Source of the DNA: Mobula hypostoma
Taxonomy: Eukaryota
Assembly: GCF_963921235.1 (NCBI RefSeq)
Contig: NC_086097.1
Location: 23,872,001-23,936,000, forward strand
Direction: 5' to 3'
DNA length: 64,000 nucleotides
Position 1 is the first letter of the stretch; every line of letters starts with the position of its first letter. Shown piece by piece: positions 12,101 through 25,004 of this stretch. Under the pieces are notes generated by a model. The model had not been told where the DNA came from. It saw only the letters and a program-made list of their open reading frames with translations, and made no database searches. The position numbers were made by a program, and so were the translations under genes.

Positions 12101-12999
12101 ATAAAGTAAGCAAAATAATGACTTGAAATCCAGAATAACAATTGTGTTTTATTAATAGCCATGAACATAATGGGTTCATGGTAAAAGCCCATCAGTGTCA
12201 ATATTGTCAGGGAAGGAGGTTTGCACCTCTTGATCACTCATATCTGCAGATGGCTACAGGCCCGCCAATATGGCTCAGCAGGCTACTCAATTAGGTACGC
12301 CACATCCCAAGAATAAATAAATAAATAAAATATCTCCCTTGATGCTTTCCTCTCTCTTGGACAGATACTTAAATTATAGGCAAAAACAGCCCCAGGGATG
12401 TGAAGCAGACTAATAAAATAGTGTGAGCATGTGACTGAGGGCAACAAAGGTTATATAACAGGCTGACAAATAAAATGCTTTTCCCAACATTATTCTAAAT
12501 GAAAAAAAAACTCCTCTGCATGTGTAGTAGCCACCTTCTGCGCATTCTTTTAGCTGTCTCAGCCTCTGGGCATACAAAAAAAAAGTTCTGATGCTGTTAT
12601 GTTGACAATTCAAGCGTTCTTCCATGGAGTTAATGAATATATTGCATCAGTTTGTTTTTGGTGATTGGTGTGTTTGCTGAAGGAGGGGGTGGGGGGGGAA
12701 CGAAAGCCTAATTTAGAGAGAAGGAAAATCATTACCTGCGCAGGAGTGAATCATGTGCTCACTGAACAGGAAAAGCACAAACACTTCACAGAAGGAATAA
12801 GCTCGGCGCGGGGAGTAAGGCTGTGTGGCAGGGCAATGGTGCACAAGTGCATGAGGTACAGCTCGCTCGCGATGAAAACATAGTCCCATTCCTTCAGCGG
12901 GCAACTCAATTTGCAGTTAGTGTCAGTCATGCATTTTGAAAGGAAATTGGATCAGTGTACTTAAAAATAAAATTGTATAGATACAAAGCATTGAATAAA

Positions 13000-13815
13000 C
13001 AGAAAGTTATAGCACAGTAGGCCCTTCTGCCCATGATATTGTGTCAACCTTTTTACCCACTCCGTCAATCTAATTTTTCCCTCCTACATAGTCCTGCATT
13101 TTTCTATCATCCATGTGCCCATCTAAGAGTCTCTTAAATGCTCCTAATCTACCTACCTCTACTACCACCCCGGCAGGGTGTTCCACACAACCAGCACTCC
13201 CTAGCTCATACAGTCGATCCTCATAAGACAAGAAGGGAGATTGTATCTGGTTGCAGTGTCCTTGCAAGGAGCATGGATGGACTCAAAATACTAAATAGCC
13301 TCTTTTAGAACCTAGAACACTACAACACAGATCAAGCAGCCCACATTACCTCTGCCAACTATGATGTCAAGTTAAACTAATCCCATCTGCCAGCACATGA
13401 CCAATATCCCTCCAATTCCTTCATGTTCATGTGTCTGTCTAAATGCTTATTAAATTCCACTAATGCATTCACTACCACCCCTAGTATCCAACCCAGGCAC
13501 CACCATTCCCAGTGTAAAAAATCTTCTCACGTGAAATCTACAGCCTCTGGTGTTTGAAATTTCTACCCTGGTAAAGAGATCCTGAATATCTACTCTATCT
13601 ATACCTCTCATAATATTACAAACTTCTGTCAGACACCCTCAGCCTCTGATGCTCTGGAGAAAAGGACCCAAAGCTGTTCATCGTCTTCTCATAATTAATA
13701 CTCTCTAATCCCCGAGATTTTCCTCTGCAACTTCTCCAAAGCCTCCACATCCTTCCCGTAATGGGGATGGCCTAATAATGGAATACACAATACTCCAATG
13801 TGGTCTAACCAAATT
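13000..13815 (-). mobile_element. Two CR1 LINE 3' fragments
   Basis: GRLGAFKRLLDGHMDDRKMQDYVG plus 3' UTR (13000-13200); second copy at 13310-13815 ending at the VRPHWSIVY-like motif. Confidence 0.78.
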
Positions 13816-13869
13816 TTACAAGCTGCTGCTGTGTGCTTTGTGTTGGCTTATTATTGTGTCTGTTTGCGT

Positions 13870-14240
13870 ATTAGTTCATTTGTTTGTTATGTGTCATGTC
13901 GTATCATGGGGGCAAACATGGTCTTTCCATACCAGGATTGTTCTTGGCAAACTTTTCTACAGAAGTGGTTTGCCATTGTCTTCTTCTTAACAAGATGGAT
14001 GACTCCAGTCAGAGATTGTCTACCTGGCATCAGTGGTGGCATAGCCATGACTTGTGATTTGCACTAGCTGCTTACTCGACCTGTCCACAGCCTGCTGCCC
14101 TAGCTTCACGTGACCCTGATTAGGGTGGTAAGCAGGTGCTATACCTTGCCCAAGGGTGACCTGCAGGCTAGCGGTAGGAAGAAACACCTTATACCTCCTT
14201 TGGTAGAAACGTGTCTCCACTTCACTACCCACTACCGCAA
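13870..14240 (-). mobile_element. Non-autonomous RTE/BovB-related element (Bov-A-like); second copy at ~15325-15690
   Basis: Minus strand has gaagaagacaatggcaaaccacttctgtag, resembling the Bov-A/BovB motif GGAGAAGGAAATGGCAACCCACTCCAGT; the two copies align throughout. Confidence 0.7.
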
Positions 14241-15324
14241 TACACAGAGGTAGCAAAAAGAAAACAAAACGTGGAATTTAGTGCAGAAACTAAAAAAAGA
14301 GCAGTGCAGGTAAACAAATAAAGTGCAAGGGTCACAGCAAGATAGATTGGGATACCAAGAATTCATTTCTAGCCTGAAAGAGGGTGACTGAAGAATTGAA
14401 TAACAGCAGGCTGTGGTTTCATGTTTTTGTATCTTCTGCCTAACAGGAAGGGTGAGAAGAGAGAATGACCAGTGGGAAGGAGACTTGATTATGTTGAATT
14501 CTTTCCTGAGCCAGAAGGAGGTGTAGACTGAAACAATGGAGGCTGGTCTGCGTGATGGTGTTGGTTGTATTCATTCTTCCGATTCTTCAGTGCTGTGACT
14601 CGGTCATTAGATTACGCTGAACGCTTCATGCAGAAGGAAAAGCCGACTCCTTCCTTAAGCCCAGCTGCACCACTGAAAAGATTGACATTTGTTTTCAATG
14701 TTATTGTCAGCGTTTGAAGTTTCAGATAGTTGGACAGGCTGCATTTCTGCCACACAGTTGTCAATAAGAGAAATTAACAGATCCAAATTCAATTGGGAAC
14801 ATATTATCCGACAGGGTGAAGTGTAAACATCTCCATGGTATTTACAATGGATGATGGGAGCATGATTTGTTTATTTGGCCAACCTCTACTAAAGATCAAA
14901 GTCAAAGTATGTTTAATATCAAAAAACGTGTCTGTTACCATATACTACCCTGAGATTCATTTCCTTGCTGGCATTCACAGGAAAAAAAGAAATACAATAG
15001 AATTTGTGAAAAAAACTATATGTAAGCAAACACTGACAGCCAATGTGCAAAAGAGGACAAACTATGCAATTAAGAAACAAATAAATAAAACTGAGAGCAT
15101 GAGTTGTAGTTCCTTGAGAGTGAATCAACTCAGAGTTGAGGTGAGTGAAGTTATCCATATTGGTTCAGGAGCCTGAAGGTTGAACAGTAATGACTGTTCC
15201 TAACCTGATGGTGTGGTACCTAAGGCTCCTGTATTTCCTTTCAGCCCAATATACTTTTGTGTAAGTTGTCCTAAACCAATTGCTGGCAGATTTTGGTATG
15301 GATTTTGGCTTGTGACCATTGTAC

Positions 15325-15690
15325 ACCATCTTCATCATCATTATGTGTCGTTATCATATGATGTGGGCAGTCATGGTCCTGACCACGATTGTCCTTGGTA
15401 AATTTTTCTACAGAAGTGGTTTGCCAATGCCTCCTTGGCAGTGTCTTTAGAAGATGGGTGACCAGCCATTATCAATACTGGCATCACTGGGGTCACACAG
15501 CCAGGACCTGTGATATGCACCAGCTACTCATACGACCATCTCCTACCATCTCCCATCACTTCACATGACCCTAACCAGGGGGCTATGCAGGTATCACATC
15601 TTGCCCAAGAGTGTCCTGCAGGCTAGTGAAGGGAAGGAGGGCCTTATACCTCCTTTGATAGTGAGGTTTCTCCATCCCACCACCCAAAGT
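15325..15690 (-). mobile_element. Non-autonomous RTE/BovB-related element
   Basis: Homologous to 13870-14240; (GAT)n-like tail at ~15330. Confidence 0.7.
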
Positions 15691-15959
15691 CTTATGCCAT
15701 CTCTCTTGAATGTTATAGCAATTACATTTCCATTTATATGGAGACAAAATTCCTGGGGCACTTCACAAAACCTTAACTCTAACAGGTGACAGAGGATACT
15801 GAGCCTGATAGAAACCTTCCCAAAGGAACAACACACATAAAAATGCTGGAGGAACTCAGCAGGTCAGGCAGACTCCAGTCTTCCAGCATCTGTGGTCTCT
15901 CTCATATCTGCATTTTGTCTAAAGAAATAGATTTAAAGACATCTGGGAAATGAAAAAGT

Positions 15960-16385
15960 TCAAAGTCAATTTATTATTAGAATATTTATATGTCACAATA
16001 TACTAGTCTGAGATTTATTTTCTAACAGGCATTTACAGTAGAACAAAGGAATACAAAAGAATCAATGAAAAACTACCACAGAGACTGACAATTAACGCGC
16101 AAGAGAAGACGATCTGTGAAAATACAAAATAAACTAATATAAATACAAATTAATAAGTACAGTAAATAAATTCTACCAAGAACATGAGTTGTTGAAAGTG
16201 TGTCCATTGGTTGTAGTGTTGGGATGAGTGACGTTATCCTGACTGGTTCAGCAACCTGATGGTTGGAACTGGAGGTGTTAGAGGCTCTTTCACCTCCTGT
16301 CCGTGGTAGCAGTGAGAAGAGAGCATGACCTGGATGGCGGGGGACCTGGATGATGGATGCTGCTTTCTTGAATCAGTGCTCCTCT
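15960..16385 (-). mobile_element. Rex1/Babar 3' fragment (similar pieces at 14250-14570 and 14900-15240)
   Basis: Minus strand IIQVPAIQ/HALFSLLP-like remnant; tail aagttcaaagtcaatttatt on the plus strand. Confidence 0.7.
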
Positions 16386-17389
16386 GGATAGCCTTATTTT
16401 CTGCTTGACTGGGTTTTGTGATTAATCAGTCCAAAAATACATAATTTTCATCTTGTGCTTTTGCCTGTTATCACCATGTCACAGGCCAAAGGGTGGATGG
16501 GAGAGGCAGAGGGGACACAAGAGAAAGTCCACCTTATTTTATGAGTTCTACCGAAGCCTGGGTGAAGGTGTCGCAGGCTCATATTGTGGAGCTAAGAGGT
16601 GCTAATAATAAGGGGTAGGTAATGTGTGAGCTGCCCTTGACCTTACCAGGAACCCAAGATGCGAGTGAATTCTGTTTTTCCCTCACCCATGCAGATGACT
16701 GTATTTTTATTTCAATGATCGTAAATCTTTTCGCTGTGTGTTTGAGGGAAAAAAAAACAGGCAATGCATCATGACCGACAGGTTATTCAGAGAGTGCAAC
16801 ATGGTGCCTGAGACTTAAGAGATTAGCTCTGGCAATAATTCCAGAAAGCCATGCTTTATGTTAATATGGCAGTCTAAAAGAGTTTGGTCAGAATATTTGT
16901 TTTATTGCTGCACATAAACTATCTGTTGTGCTTTCTTCTAAATTATTGTTTATTTTTCTTTTTATCTACTTTATCAAAATTTGCCTGAGTCGGGCAGTAA
17001 TGGCAAATAAAACTCTTAATTGGAAACACTGTCCTTGCAAAGGTGAACAACCGCAGTGAGTAAGTGTCCCTTGTTGGCCATGCATTCTCAGCAGTGATCA
17101 ATTTCAATCAGATCCAACGGAGGCTTATAAAAGGAAGAACAACTTTCACACTCCTGGCAGCTTTCACGTCTTCAATCTTTACGACGAGCAAATTCTCTTT
17201 GAAATAAGGAGCATTTTCCCAGGGTTGGGGAATCAAGAACAAGAGTGTATAGGTTTAAGTTGAGAGGGGAGAGGTTTAATAGGGATCTGAGGGACAACTT
17301 TTTTACTCAGGGGGTGGTCAGTATATGGAAAGAGCTGCCAGAGTAAGTTGTTGAGTGAGGTACAGCACATTAACAGCATGTAAAACACA

Positions 17390-17685
17390 TCCTTTTTATT
17401 CAGCCCTTTACCTCTTCCATCTCTTACCTCCTAGCTTCTTACTTCATCCCCTTCCCCACCCACCCACCCTCACCTGGCCTCATCTTTCACCTGCATGATA
17501 CTCCTTCCCCTCCGCCTACCTTCTTATTCTGGCTTCTCCTCCCCTCCTTTCCAGTCCTGATGAAGGGTTTCAGACTGAAAGGTTGACTGTTTATTCCCCT
17601 CCATAGATGCTGCCTGACCTGCTGGGTTCCTCCAACATTTTGTTGGTGTTGCTCAAGATATCCAGCATCTGCAGAATCTTTTGTG
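17390..17685 (+). mobile_element. Penelope-like pLTR repeat with degenerate hammerhead
   Basis: Pyrimidine-rich tract, then cagtc-ctgatga-agggtttcagact-gaaa-ggtt-gactg (17552-17589) and gatgctgcctgacctgctg. Confidence 0.78.
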
Positions 17686-19109
17686 AAAGGAGCTTGGACA
17701 GGTAGATGGACAGGAAAGGTTAGAAGAATATGGACCAGAAGTGGGCAAATAGGACTAGATGAAGTGGACATCTTGGTCCGCATAGGCACAAGTGGTCCAT
17801 GCTCCCACAGTCCCGTAGAGCAGAAGACAGCATAGAGAGCTGCTAGAACTTCCACCTTGCAACCCAGTGATTCTGATGAAATCTGTGTGGCGTTTACACA
17901 TTCTCCCTGTGACAGCATAGGTTTTCCTCCTTGTACACGGATGGCACCTGACACTGGATTGGCGGGTTGGTGTTAAATTGTCTGGAGTAGCAGAACCTCA
18001 AGGGATCAGATAGGAATGTGAGAAGACTGAAATGAGATTAGTGAAGATGCTTCTTTGATGAACAGCATGGAGTCAATAGTCTGAAGGACCTGTTTCCATG
18101 TGGTATGGCTCTCTGTGTCCATTCAGCCCATCATACCTAATCTGATAGAGCTAGCCTGCTTTTTCTGTACAACATTATCTTTTTGTTCCCCTTTCAATAT
18201 TTGTACAATCTTGTTTTGAATGCTGCTTTTGCATTTGAACCCACTGTCTTTTTAAGAAGTCTGTTCCAGCTTCATGTAAAAATTATTTCCTTTGTCTGTC
18301 TGTAACACTTATAAAATACACTTACATCTGTTTCATGATAATTAGTTTCCTTGCAATAGGAGCTATTTTCACTTCATATATACTATCAAATCCATACATT
18401 AATTTATACATCAGCATCAAATCTACTTTTAACCTTCTTTGCTGTAAAATTAATTTAAGTAAATACTCTGCTTTCCTAATAGACTTTCAATTCAAGTAAA
18501 ACCCCCAACATCCTATTGTAGAGAAAATGGGAAAGGTGTAAAAATGAAACCACGCCGTTGTCTGATTGAGAGAAGAGACGATGAGGAAATGTTTTTATAA
18601 TGGAGGTTAAGGGAAATGTGGATAGGTACATGGATGTGAGGGGTACAGAGGGCTATGGTCCAGGCACTGGTCTATGGGGCTAGGCAAAGTAAGGGTCAGC
18701 ATTGCCAAGATTGGCCAAAGGGCCTGATTCTACGCTGTGGTTGCTCTATGACGCTATTGTTGAAGGTTTTCTCTTTTCTTCTTAAAAACTAGTTCTATTT
18801 ATAACTATTTCTTAGTTTTAATGAAAACACATCAGCATGGAAGACAGAGACAAGAATATGAGGGAAAAAAACGTAGTAGGAGTAGGTCACATACCCCACC
18901 ATTGAATCTGACATTGGCTGATATAAGACCGTAAGATATCAAAGCAGAATTAGGCTATTTGGTCCATCGAGCCCGCTCCACCGTTTCATTATGGCTGACC
19001 ATGCCCCAGATATCAACTGCCCTATTTATCTCTCCTTAGGTGCCCCCATGACTTGCTGAATATCTCCTGCTGTTCTTACATGTACTGTTATAACATAAAG
19101 TAAACATAA

Positions 19110-19435
19110 TTATGAGGAATATGCAGGTAGTTAAATGCAAGCAGGCTTTTTCCACTGAGGTTGAGTGAGACTAGAATTCAAGGTCATAGGTTAAGTGTGA
19201 AAGGTGAAATGTTGAAGGGGAATCTGAGGGGGGGGACTTCTTCACTGAGAAGGCAGTGCGAGTATGAAACAAGCTCCCAGCAGAAGTGATGGATGTGAGT
19301 TTGATTTCAACATTTGAGAGGAATTTGGATAATACACGGATGGGAGAGGTACAGGTCGATGGGACTAGTGGAATAATAGTTTGGCACAGCTGGATGGGCT
19401 GAAGGGCCTGTTTCCACATTGTAGTGTTCAATGAC
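19110..19435 (+). mobile_element. CR1 LINE 3' end; same subfamily at 27600-27930 (+) and 49935-50310 (-)
   Basis: RLFPLRLSETRIQGHRLSVKGEM...WNKLPAEV plus 3' UTR gggctgaagggcctgtttc. Confidence 0.8.
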
Positions 19436-19609
19436 TTAATTATATATTATTTTAGAATTCTGGCTGCTAACTGGAGCTAACAGCAGCAGGTTCAAGGTCC
19501 CTGGCACAGGCTTCCAGACCCCTCCCATCCACATACTTACCCAAATTTTTCTTCAATGGTGAAATTGAATCCCCATCCACCACTTCCATTGGCAGCTCGC
19601 TCCACTCTG

Positions 19610-19950
19610 TCCATGGGTGCCATGGCAACGTAGCAGTTAGCACGACACTATTATATCTCAGGGCATTCTGGAGTTTGGAGTTCAATTACGGTGCTGTTCT
19701 ATAAGGAGTCTCTGTACGTTCCTCCATGCCCCCCCCCCCACCACTGTGGAAACGTGGGTATTCCTCAGGGCTCCGGTTTCCTCCCACAGTTCAAAGGTGT
19801 ACTGGGCCGGCTAATTGGTCATTGCCAATTGTTCTGCGATTAGGTTAGGGTTAATCAGATTTGTCGTGTGTTGCTGGGGCGTCATGACTCAAGGGGCCGG
19901 AAAGGCCTTCTTCATGCTGTCTTGCTAAATAGAATAAAATCAATAAAATA
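19610..19950 (+). mobile_element. V-SINE-like SINE (others at ~9860-10040, 17840-18115, 23480-24050, 34900-35140, 52540-52800, 54030-54270, 57880-58160)
   Basis: tRNA-like head with ggagttcaatt B box and conserved ctccggtttcctcccacag..caaag body. Confidence 0.78.
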
Positions 19951-20309
19951 TCCTTGCTGTGCAACACTTGTCTCCTATGAATGCAATATTTTCAATGGTA
20001 TTAAACCAGACCGATGTACATCTCCGACCTTGAAGCCGCTCCAGCTCTCTTTTGTTAGCAGCCAGCTCCATTGCCTTGCTGATCTCTGCAGCCATTTCTA
20101 CAAATTCCACTGCTTCTGAACTCTGACAAAAGTTGTATCTGCTGGTAACAAAGTCTATTCACACTCACTGAGGTTTCACGAGCTGCAGCATGCACATGAC
20201 AGAGAATCTCTTTCCTTGCTGTATGGCTCCATAGTTTAGAACACAACTAAAGTTCAGGCCACAATGAGACTCTTGAAATCCTTGCCATCTTCTCCAGCAT
20301 AAGAAAACA

Positions 20310-20820
20310 CCTTTATCAATGCACTGTGGAAGGCATTCAGTCTGGGTTCATAACAGCTTGGTAAAGCAACTGCTCTGCAAGTGACTGCAGCAAACCGCAC
20401 AGAGTTGTGGACACAGCTCAGCACATCACAGGGACCAGTCTCCTGTCCACAGATTCCATCCACATTTCTCTCTGCCTCAGTCGAGCAGCCAGCATAATCC
20501 AAGACCCCCACCCATCCCCAGACATTCCCTCTTCTCCCCTCTCCCATCAGACAAAAACCTGAAAGCATACTCAAGGATAACTTCTATCCCACTCCACTGT
20601 TATTAAACTGTTGAAAGGACCTCTTGTACCACAAATGGACTCTTGACCTCACAATTTACCTCGTTTTATTGTTTACCTGCACTGACCTTTCTCTGTTGCT
20701 GTTTTGCTTTATTCTGCACTCTGTTATTGGCTTACCTTGTTCTACCTCAATGCACTGTGTGATATGAACAGCATGCAAGACAAACTTTTCACTGTTTCTT
20801 GGGATAATTCCAGTTCCGAT
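20310..20820 (+). mobile_element. Rex1/Babar 3' fragment
   Basis: gcataatccaagacccccacccatcc...ctcccatcag and the 3' UTR shared with 8.4, 32.8 and 58.2 kb. Confidence 0.75.
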
Positions 20821-21369
20821 CCCATAATGCACCAGTGCAGCACTTCCTCGTAATACACATTCTTGTATAAATGAATCCCATTGGTTGTGACTAACGGAGC
20901 ACATTTCAGGTAGATGGACCAGAAGGCAAATTCTTCTGACTAACAATCCATGAAGGAAACACCCTACCCATACCAGTAGTCCCTATTTTAATACATTTAT
21001 GTTGTGAAAGGCACTATTATTATTCATTTAATTGGGCATTTAGTAAACATTGAACATTTTGTCACGCCTGCATCGCTCCCTATTCACTGATAAATTATAT
21101 TAGTTTTTCATTACTTTACAATAGTGCTTTACATAAAATATACTTACGTCTCACTGTGGGGCTTTAAAAAATTAATAGAGCATATTCATAGCATAGCAAA
21201 CTATACAGCCATTTGCTTTACCCCTTGGCAACAGTGTATAGCTATGTGTATTCTTTTTCATATTTCCATAATATTTTTTATTTGTTATATAATAACAATT
21301 TGCAAGCCAAGGTTTGTGCAATTGTGAGAACGTTCTTGCTAGTAATTTAAATACATGAGGACTTGGAAC

Positions 21370-22460
21370 CAGGATGGAAGAGAATCTGCTGGAAATCTTC
21401 AGCAACACACAGTAAACACTGGAGGAACTCAGCAGTTCAGACAGGATCAATGGATGGAAATTAACAGTCAATGTTTCAGGCCAAAACCCTTTATTAGTAC
21501 TCTCCTACTTTCTAAACAATTGTTTCAACAAAAATCTGCCTTCTCCATGTCTTCCTTTCTGCTTCCCAAATGATTGGCTGGATTTAGAAGACGAAGGGTC
21601 GTGGCCCAAAACATCAACTCTGTTCTTTTCCATAGACACTGCCTGACCTGTTGAGTTCCTCCAGCATTTTGTGTGCGTTACTCTGGATTACTCTACATCT
21701 GTCTGAATTCCCCAGATTCTAGCCATTTTAGTTCTCCTCCCTATCCCCAAACAACATATCTGTCCTTGCCCTCTTCTGCTGCCAAGATGATACTAAAACT
21801 AAACTAAAGGAACTGCACCTCACATTCCACCGGGCAGTATGAACACTGAAATCTCCAATGCCTGGCAACTGTCCTCCTCTGTCCCTTTTCTTCCTGCCAT
21901 AATCACCATGCCTCTTTCCTCTCCCCACCCTTCCCATCTGCCCGCTCATTCCACCCAGTGATTCTCTTCCTTCAATACTCCCTTCTACCTTCCCCACCAG
22001 CCCCACTTAATCCCATGCTCCACCTACCTCTCCTGTAAGATTGCAGGATCCGATTAGGCAGCATCCATGCCGAGGAAGGAAGAACAAACGTTTTGGCCCA
22101 AAACATTGGCTCTTTATTCCTCTCCATAGATGCTGCCTGACCTTCTGAGCTCCTCCAGCATTTTGTGTGTGTTGCTCCGGGTTTCCACTATCTGCAGAAT
22201 AGCTTGCATTTCTCACTTTTTGTCCTTTGTCACTTCCACCTATCACCTGCAATTTTCTGCCATTATTTCCACCCTCGCTTCTCTCTGCCTCACCTGGATC
22301 CACCCATTACAATATCTGCCAGCCCTTGCTCCATCCCCTCTGCTCTTTTAGTCCAGGTAAAGGGTCTCGACCCAAACAGTTCACTGTCCATTTTCCATCC
22401 AGGATTCCGCGGGACCTGCTGAGTTCCTCCAGTTCCTCCTGCATTACAGTGGATTCAAGT
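21370..22460 (+). mobile_element. Penelope-like element remnant: GIY-YIG C-terminal fragment with several pLTR copies (one inverted)
   Basis: 21721-21830 translates SHFSSPP..ISVLALFCCQDDTKTKLKELHLTF, like the Penelope end HFNS..MSVLGL..C......RKLEEQHLIF; pLTR copies at 21370-21500 (inverted), 21585-21700, 22085-22200 and 22350-22450. Confidence 0.72.
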
Positions 22461-22769
22461 GTTCTGCTGTGTCTTAGTGCCTTTGCATCTCCTATCTCCA
22501 TCAAGCAGTTTATTCAACACTAGTCATCCTCTGCATGCAGAAGACCTTCCTTGTAACTGTTCTAAGTTAATTTAATATTTGTTACTTTTAGCAAAACTAC
22601 GCAGTCCCATCTACCATGCTGCCAAATCATATTATTAAAGCAAACATTTGACACCTTTCATAATTAAAAATTGTAACACATCTCTAATGTCATCTTGGTC
22701 CAAAACTGAGTGAAGCTACAAAACTGGCCCATGTGGGAATTGCATGTGCTCTTACGATCTAGATTCACT

Positions 22770-23390
22770 TGCACTGAGATTAGAAACACTAAAGCCCAGG
22801 AAAGGAAAGAACTACAAAAGGTGGTGGTTACAGCCCAGTCCATCACAAGCAAAGCCTTCCACACCATTGAGCACATTTACATGGCGCGCTGCCACAAGAA
22901 AGCTACATCTATCACCAAGTCCATGGTGTCTTCTCACTACTACCATCAGGGAGGAGGTACAGAGAGTCCTTAGGTCCCACACCACCAGGTTCAGGAACAG
23001 TTATTACCCTATGACCATCAGGCTCCTGAACCATAGAACATAGAACATAAAATAGTACAGCACAGTACAGGCCCTTCGGCCCACAATGTTGTGCTGACCC
23101 TCAAACCCTGCCTCCCATATAAGCCCCACCAGCATGGATAATTTCACTCAGCTCAACTCCGAACTGATTCTACGACCTACGACACACTTTGAAGGACATG
23201 TTCTCGGTAACACAGCATTTTATTTGCACAATTTGTCCTCTTTTTGCAAATTGGTTGCTTCTTAGATTTTCTTTATGTATAATTTTTAACTGTATTTCTT
23301 TTTTCCCTGTGAATGCTCGCAGGAAAATGAATCTTTAGGTCGTATGTGGTAACATATACATACTTTGATAGTAAATTTATTTTGACTTTG
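22770..23390 (+). mobile_element. Rex1/Babar 3' fragment with a ~95-bp CR1 3'-end insertion (~23034-23127, minus)
   Basis: QERKELQKVVVTAQSIT...RSHTTRFRNSYYPMTIRLLN; the insert matches the 43701 CR1 tail and is flanked by acca. Confidence 0.82.
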
Positions 23391-24111
23391 ACGGTCCATT
23401 GTGCAGCTGGATTGAATGGAAATCAAAAACGAAAGCCATAGATGCTGGAAATCGGAAACAGAAAATGCCGGGAGGTCTCGGAATGCCATGGTAGTGCGGA
23501 GTTCAGAGTTCAATTCTGGTCCCCTTCTGTAAGGGGTTTCTGAAAGTCCTGCCTGTGGAACGTGTGGGTTTCCTCTGGGTGCTCCGGTTTCCTCCCACAG
23601 CCCAAAGGGTCAGATTCAATGGTCATTATAAATTGTTCCGTGATTAGGTTAGTGCTAATCAGGGATGTGCGGTTGCTGGGTCGTTAGGGCCTACTCCACC
23701 CTGTATCGCTAAGTAAAAAAATAAAATAAAAATGCTCGCTCCCTTGGGTAGCCATGGTAGCATCGCGATTAGCATGATGGTACTACAGCTCGGGGTATTC
23801 CAGAGTTCGGAGTTCAATTCTGCCGCCGTTCCGTAAGGAATTTGTGCGTTCTCTCCCTGGAATGTGTGCGTTTCCCCCAGGTGTTCCGGTCTCATCCCAC
23901 AGTCCAAAGACGTACTGGTTAGTAGATGAATTGGTCTTTGTAAATTGCCCATGATTAGGCTAGTGTTAAAGCAGTACTTTGCTGGGTGGCGTGGCTCAAA
24001 GGTCTGGAAGAGCTGACTCCACACTATGTTACTAAAAGCATAAATAAAATTTAAAATGTCAGGCAGCATCAGTGGAAAGGGAAACAGAGTTAACATTTAA
24101 GCTCAGAGATG

Positions 24112-24972
24112 GAGTACTTCCAGTAAGATAGCAGTGCGTTCAGACGCAGCAGCCTCTTGGCCTCCAACCAAAGGTGCTTTTTTCTTTGTTAATTGTGTTT
24201 TTTAGGATCATCAAACTATACTGGACACTAAGAACATTGTGTACACTACGTCTACCACAGTGAGCTGCTCATTGGTCAGAGTAGCCATCCGGAGTGTCAG
24301 AGGAGGAGTCAGCCGGTGTGTCGGAGAAGCCAGACAGGGTTCAGAGGAGGTGGCCTGGGTGCAGACCATGTTGCTGTCTGCTACTCAAAGACCTTGGAGC
24401 TGGTGTGTGAAAGCAGCGTGCAGTATAGGCGCAAGTGATTGTCTTAGACATTTCTCTTGCCATATTAGTATTAAAACTACACCGTGAATACTAAATTCTC
24501 AAGACCCTGTTCGATATTGATTTAACTCAAGTTTCCACGAACACATTTCCCTTGGTTGGTGGGAAGACAGGAGGTGAAAGAGCTGCTTGGCCTCAGTGGT
24601 AGCGAGGAATAGGCCTCAAGGCCTCGAACTTTCCTTCTGCTGCAGTCCAGGTGAGGAGGCAGCTGGGGCGGGTGCAGAATCGCATCTGTGCTCAGTTGGG
24701 GGCTGGCCTCTCCCATGGGTGCTTCCCGCTACTGTCTGATTGGTGAAGTGACAGGCTGATTTGCCAGGAGCTATACCAACAATTTCTGGGGCATGCCGCT
24801 CAGGCTCTTGAACTATATGTATGTTCTTTTGCGTGACTGTTTCATTTTTAGTTTGCTATTTTGAATGATAGTGTGTATATTTTTCACTTTGACCCCAGAA
24901 GAACGCTGTTTTGTTCCACTGTATCCTTATATGGTTGAAAGATAATTAAACTTGATTTGATTTTGATTTGAT
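24112..24972 (+). mobile_element. Probable non-autonomous retroposon (GC-rich head, LINE-type tail)
   Basis: Starts acttccagtaagatagcag (aagatggcg-like head); ends ataattaaacttgatttgattttgatttga. Confidence 0.5.
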
Positions 24973-25004
24973 TCTTCAAATAATTAAAATGGTTTTAACA
25001 TATA

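Noticed and set aside
14130..14235. HDV-like ribozyme at the 5' end of the Bov-A-like elements
   Set aside because: Some pairings exist, but the would-be L3 is only ~4 nt and lacks the UCC/UUC motif
21190..21248. Hairpin containing CTATACAGCC, resembling a let-7 3p arm
   Set aside because: No TGAGGTAG mature arm upstream; the stem is short and bulged
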